Shown here piece by piece: positions 60,713 to 64,000 of a stretch of 64,000 nucleotides of DNA (position 1 is its first letter; each line of letters opens with the position of its first letter). The DNA is taken from IMG/VR virus record IMGVR_UViG_3300028275_000007. One strand, 5' to 3'. This stretch comes from a virus. Its lineage: Duplodnaviria > Caudoviricetes. The notes under the pieces were generated by a model. It saw only the letters and a program-made list of their open reading frames with translations. It had not been told where the DNA came from and did no database searches. Made by a program: the position numbers and the translations under genes.

Positions 60713-63121
60713 ATGTCTTACGTTATTAATAAATTTAACGGTGAACAACTAATAGTACTTGACGACGGTACTATAGACACCAGTACCAGCATCAACTTAG
60801 TTGGAAGAAACTATGTTGGCTATGGTGAAGCACAAAATGAAAATTTTCTGTGGTTGCTAGAAAATTTTGCTAATAATAAACCACCAGCAAGGCCGTTAAC
60901 CGGGCAATTATGGTTTGATACTTCGGCCAATTTAGTCAAAGTATATAATTTAGAAGAATGGGTTCCTGTAGGATCAGCAATTTTAAGCCAAGATGCTCCA
61001 ACAACCACAATAGCCGGATCTTTTTGGTTGGACACAAATGCTAATCAATTAAAAGTGTATACTGGCTCCGAATGGCAATTAATAGGACCAGAGGCGGTTA
61101 GAGGATTTGGATCGACTAAAGTTCGAGCAACTACACTAGATGATACTGTAGGAAATCAACGTCCTGTTCTTATATTTGAAACAGATGATGTTCCTTTTGC
61201 AATATGTACAGCATCGGCGTTTACTATAAATCCTTATGCTGCAATAGATGGATTCGAAACTAATTTAACCGCTGGAATTAATTTATCATCAGCATCAAAA
61301 ATAAATGGAAATGTTACAGGTAATGCTGGAACAGCTGACGCATTAAAAACTAGTCGAAATATTAACGGAGTACCTTTTAACGGAACTTCAAACGTAACTA
61401 TTAAATCTTCTACAACACGTTCTTTGATTAGCGGATCATATATTGTAGGAAATGATTTTGACGGAGCTCAAGAAACTACTTGGTCAGTAGACGCATCATC
61501 TACTAATGCTATTGGAAAAATTGTAGCTCGTAACAGCGAAGGCGGGTTTTCAGCAGGTACAATTACGGCTACATTTGTAGGAAATTTAACTGGCAATGTA
61601 ACTGCAACCAGCGGAACTAGTAGATTTAATATTATTGAAGCTAATTCTTTTGTTGGCGCAACACTTTCGGGAAATGCGGCAACAGCTACTCAACTAGCCA
61701 ATGCAAGAAAAATTAACGGTGTTAACTTTGATGGTACAAGTGATATAACAATACCTGCACCTGCAGGTATATTAACAGGCAATACACTGGCATCTAACGT
61801 ATTAATGTCTAGTCTGACTTCTGTAGGAACTTTAACAGGGTTAAGTGTAGCAGATCTTGGAATAACTATAGGAAGTTCATCTCAATTTAATTTGTTTGTT
61901 GACGATAGTGTTCCTACAATTAGATCTGAAACAGGAGCATTAAATTTTGATCTAGGCCCAACTGGACCTGACATAAAACTTGTTGACACGTTAACATCGC
62001 TGTCATTAGGCGGCCCTAATTCTCCTGCACTAATAGGTGATAACATAACAAATTTAGGCATACCAAGTTACAAGTTTAACAATGTTTATGCTAATAATTT
62101 TAAAGGAAATGCAGATACTGCAACATTATCCTTAAGAGCAACTAATATTGTTGGCGGTGGCGCTGGCGCTCTAGTTATACAATCAGATCAAGATACAACA
62201 ACAACGTTGGGTTTAGGACCGGATGGATTTGTTCTGAGAGCTAGACCAGGAGGACCTCAGTGGGAACCGTCAATTGGAATAGAACCAATAACTGCTGGTA
62301 ATCATATCACGATGATTAATACTGCTACTAGCGGTAGTTTAAGTTTATACGATTCATCACTTCCGGTTACTATTGGGATAGATGCTACTCCAAACAATGT
62401 TCCTTTAACCGTTGCATCTCGAGATGTATATGGAAACATAGCTGCAAATTCATTTGTTGGCGGATTATTAGGAAATGTTATTGGTAATGTTTCTGGAAAT
62501 GCTGGAACAGTAACAAATGGTGTGTATACTACAGGAACTTATTCTAATCCAAGTTGGATTACTACGTTAGCAGGTTCAAAAGTTACAAGCATTCCAAATT
62601 CATCCTTACAAAATCCATCGATTACTATTAATGGGTATACAGTTTCTCTTGGCGGTGCAGTTAATATTGCACTTGCAGGTATTCCGTCAGGGGGAATTAT
62701 TATGTGGAACGGATTAGTAGTATCAATTCCCTCTGGTTGGGCGTTGTGTAACGGCTCCAACGGCACCCCAGATTTACGAGACCGTTTTATAGTAGGCGCA
62801 GGTTCAACCTATGCAGTCGGAGCAACAGGTGGTAGCAAAGATGCGATTGTAGTAAGCCACTCGCACTCGGCTTCAGTTAATGACCCAGGGCACTCGCACA
62901 GTAATGTAACGCAATATGGCAACCCAATAACTCGAATGGGATCTGGAACAGGAAGGCAAGCCGGTACATCTCCTGACTCGGCGTTAGGAAAATCTGATAA
63001 CGGATCGAACACAGATAACGCTAGTACAGGTATTTCAGTAAGCATTAGCTCAACAGGATCTTCGGGCACTAACGCAAACTTACCTCCGTACTATGCACTT
63101 TGCTTCATTATGAAACTGTAA
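60713..63121 (+). CDS. Tail fibre protein (802 aa) with collar-like C-terminus
   Basis: Shared N-terminal module; A..L...R.INGV.F.GT repeats; IPSGGIIMWNG...GWALCNGSNGTPDLRDRFIVGAG and LPPYYALCFIMK. Confidence 0.75.
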   Translation: MSYVINKFNGEQLIVLDDGTIDTSTSINLVGRNYVGYGEAQNENFLWLLENFANNKPPARPLTGQLWFDTSANLVKVYNLEEWVPVGSAILSQDAPTTTIAGSFWLDTNANQLKVYTGSEWQLIGPEAVRGFGSTKVRATTLDDTVGNQRPVLIFETDDVPFAICTASAFTINPYAAIDGFETNLTAGINLSSASKINGNVTGNAGTADALKTSRNINGVPFNGTSNVTIKSSTTRSLISGSYIVGNDFDGAQETTWSVDASSTNAIGKIVARNSEGGFSAGTITATFVGNLTGNVTATSGTSRFNIIEANSFVGATLSGNAATATQLANARKINGVNFDGTSDITIPAPAGILTGNTLASNVLMSSLTSVGTLTGLSVADLGITIGSSSQFNLFVDDSVPTIRSETGALNFDLGPTGPDIKLVDTLTSLSLGGPNSPALIGDNITNLGIPSYKFNNVYANNFKGNADTATLSLRATNIVGGGAGALVIQSDQDTTTTLGLGPDGFVLRARPGGPQWEPSIGIEPITAGNHITMINTATSGSLSLYDSSLPVTIGIDATPNNVPLTVASRDVYGNIAANSFVGGLLGNVIGNVSGNAGTVTNGVYTTGTYSNPSWITTLAGSKVTSIPNSSLQNPSITINGYTVSLGGAVNIALAGIPSGGIIMWNGLVVSIPSGWALCNGSNGTPDLRDRFIVGAGSTYAVGATGGSKDAIVVSHSHSASVNDPGHSHSNVTQYGNPITRMGSGTGRQAGTSPDSALGKSDNGSNTDNASTGISVSISSTGSSGTNANLPPYYALCFIMKL

Positions 63122-63132
63122 GAAGTTTAACT

Positions 63133-63140
63133 AATAAATA
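63133..63140 (+). promoter_or_regulatory. Late promoter (AATAAATA)
   Basis: Intergenic, 26 nt upstream of the ATG at 63167. Confidence 0.65.
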
Positions 63141-63166
63141 TATAAACATTTTGGGACTATTAAACT

Positions 63167-64000
63167 ATGGCATACGAAGTTAACAAATTTAATGGAACGT
63201 TTTTAGTATCAGTTGCAGACGGTACAATTGATACAACTACAGATTTACGTTTCATTGGTAAAAATTACGCCGGGTACGGCGAAGTTCAAAACGAAAATTT
63301 CCTACATTTGCTAGAAAATTTTTCAAATACTACACCTCCACCGAAGTCTGTAACAGGTCAAATTTGGTATGATTCTCAAAATAAAAAATTAAAATTTTAT
63401 GACGGGTCAAAATTTAAAGTTGCTAGCGGTGCAGAAGTTAGTTCTACAGCACCGTCTGGTTTAGCAACAGGTGATTTTTGGTGGGATTCGTCAGCAAAAC
63501 AGTTGTATGCCTATAACGGAACTGGATATACGTTAGTTGGTCCAGTGTCCAGCCCAGACCTAGGAACTTCAATTATAGCTGGTGAAGTTGTAAAAGGAAC
63601 TATTTCGTCTGATATTGGACCTCATACAATATTAAAAGTAATTACAAATGATAAAGTTGTTGGTATTTTCAGTAGAACTGAATTTACACTTGATAATGCA
63701 CAAAATCCTATCGAAGATTTTACATATATTAAGAAAGGATTTACTCTAGCTAAATCACAAACAGGTGTTTCAACAGACGACTACGTTATGTGGGGCACAG
63801 CTCAAAATGCGAATCAGTTAGGCGGAGTCAATGCTGATCAGTATATTAGAGTTGGTGATAACGCATTTACATCTGAAGTAGCATTCAGCGATCCTGGATT
63901 TACAGTAGGCGATGCAACCGGCGGTGATCTAAGAATTCGTGTTGAAAACGGCGACGAAACTATTATTGAAAACCGTTTAGGAAATCCTATATATTTTAGA
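63167..64000 (+). CDS. Fourth fibre paralog, truncated by the window end
   Basis: Hand translation gives MAYEVNKFNGTFLVSVADGTIDTTTDLRFIGKNYAGYGEVQNENFLHLLENFS..., open to base 64000; not in the ORF track. Confidence 0.85.
   Translation, partial: MAYEVNKFNGTFLVSVADGTIDTTTDLRFIGKNYAGYGEVQNENFLHLLENFSNTTPPPKSVTGQIWYDSQNKKLKFYDGSKFKVASGAEVSSTAPSGLATGDFWWDSSAKQLYAYNGTGYTLVGPVSSPDLGTSIIAGEVVKGTISSDIGPHTILKVITNDKVVGIFSRTEFTLDNAQNPIEDFTYIKKGFTLAKSQTGVSTDDYVMWGTAQNANQLGGVNADQYIRVGDNAFTSEVAFSDPGFTVGDATGGDLRIRVENGDETIIENRLGNPIYFR

Noticed and set aside
1875-63069. Numerous 60-175-aa antisense or alternate-frame ORFs in the track (for example 23310..23837, 25516..26038, 32861..33352, 53568..53987)
   Set aside because: They are shadows of long genes caused by codon bias and low-complexity sequence, with no RBS or promoter support
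8713-64000. Diversity-generating retroelement or invertible fibre cassette
   Set aside because: No reverse transcriptase or recombinase, and I saw no template/variable repeat pair or inverted repeats flanking fibre ends in this window

Overview
The window is 64 kb of a large T4-like (gp23/gp20/gp21/gp55-type) myovirus, almost entirely late structural genes. The left arm (minus strand) encodes repeat-rich fibre or appendage proteins, a small protein behind the capsid terminator, the head module (gp23, two scaffold/core proteins, gp21, a Maf/DUF115-like enzyme, gp20 portal) and a tape-measure-like protein. The middle holds gp26/gp51-like hub assembly genes, three candidate internal head proteins, a catalytic-domain-only GIY-YIG nuclease, an Hc1-like protein and gp46-gp47-gp55. 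The right arm (plus strand) is the baseplate operon (gp48/54-like, gp53-like, hub, gp5, gp25, gp6, a 4618-aa wedge protein) followed by four fibre paralogs. Thirteen (A/G)TAAATA late-promoter motifs sit directly upstream of genes. The best unexplained signal is a ~360-nt, ~49% GC, densely base-paired non-coding stretch (28060-28420) that starts immediately after the GIY-YIG stop codon and is followed by three very stable mini-hairpins. It is a candidate nuclease-associated large RNA. Two smaller structured late leaders (9766-9896, 14405-14471) and a 1-nt frameshift in the prohead protease gene also stand out. All protein calls come from motif recognition by eye; no database searches or folding programs were run.
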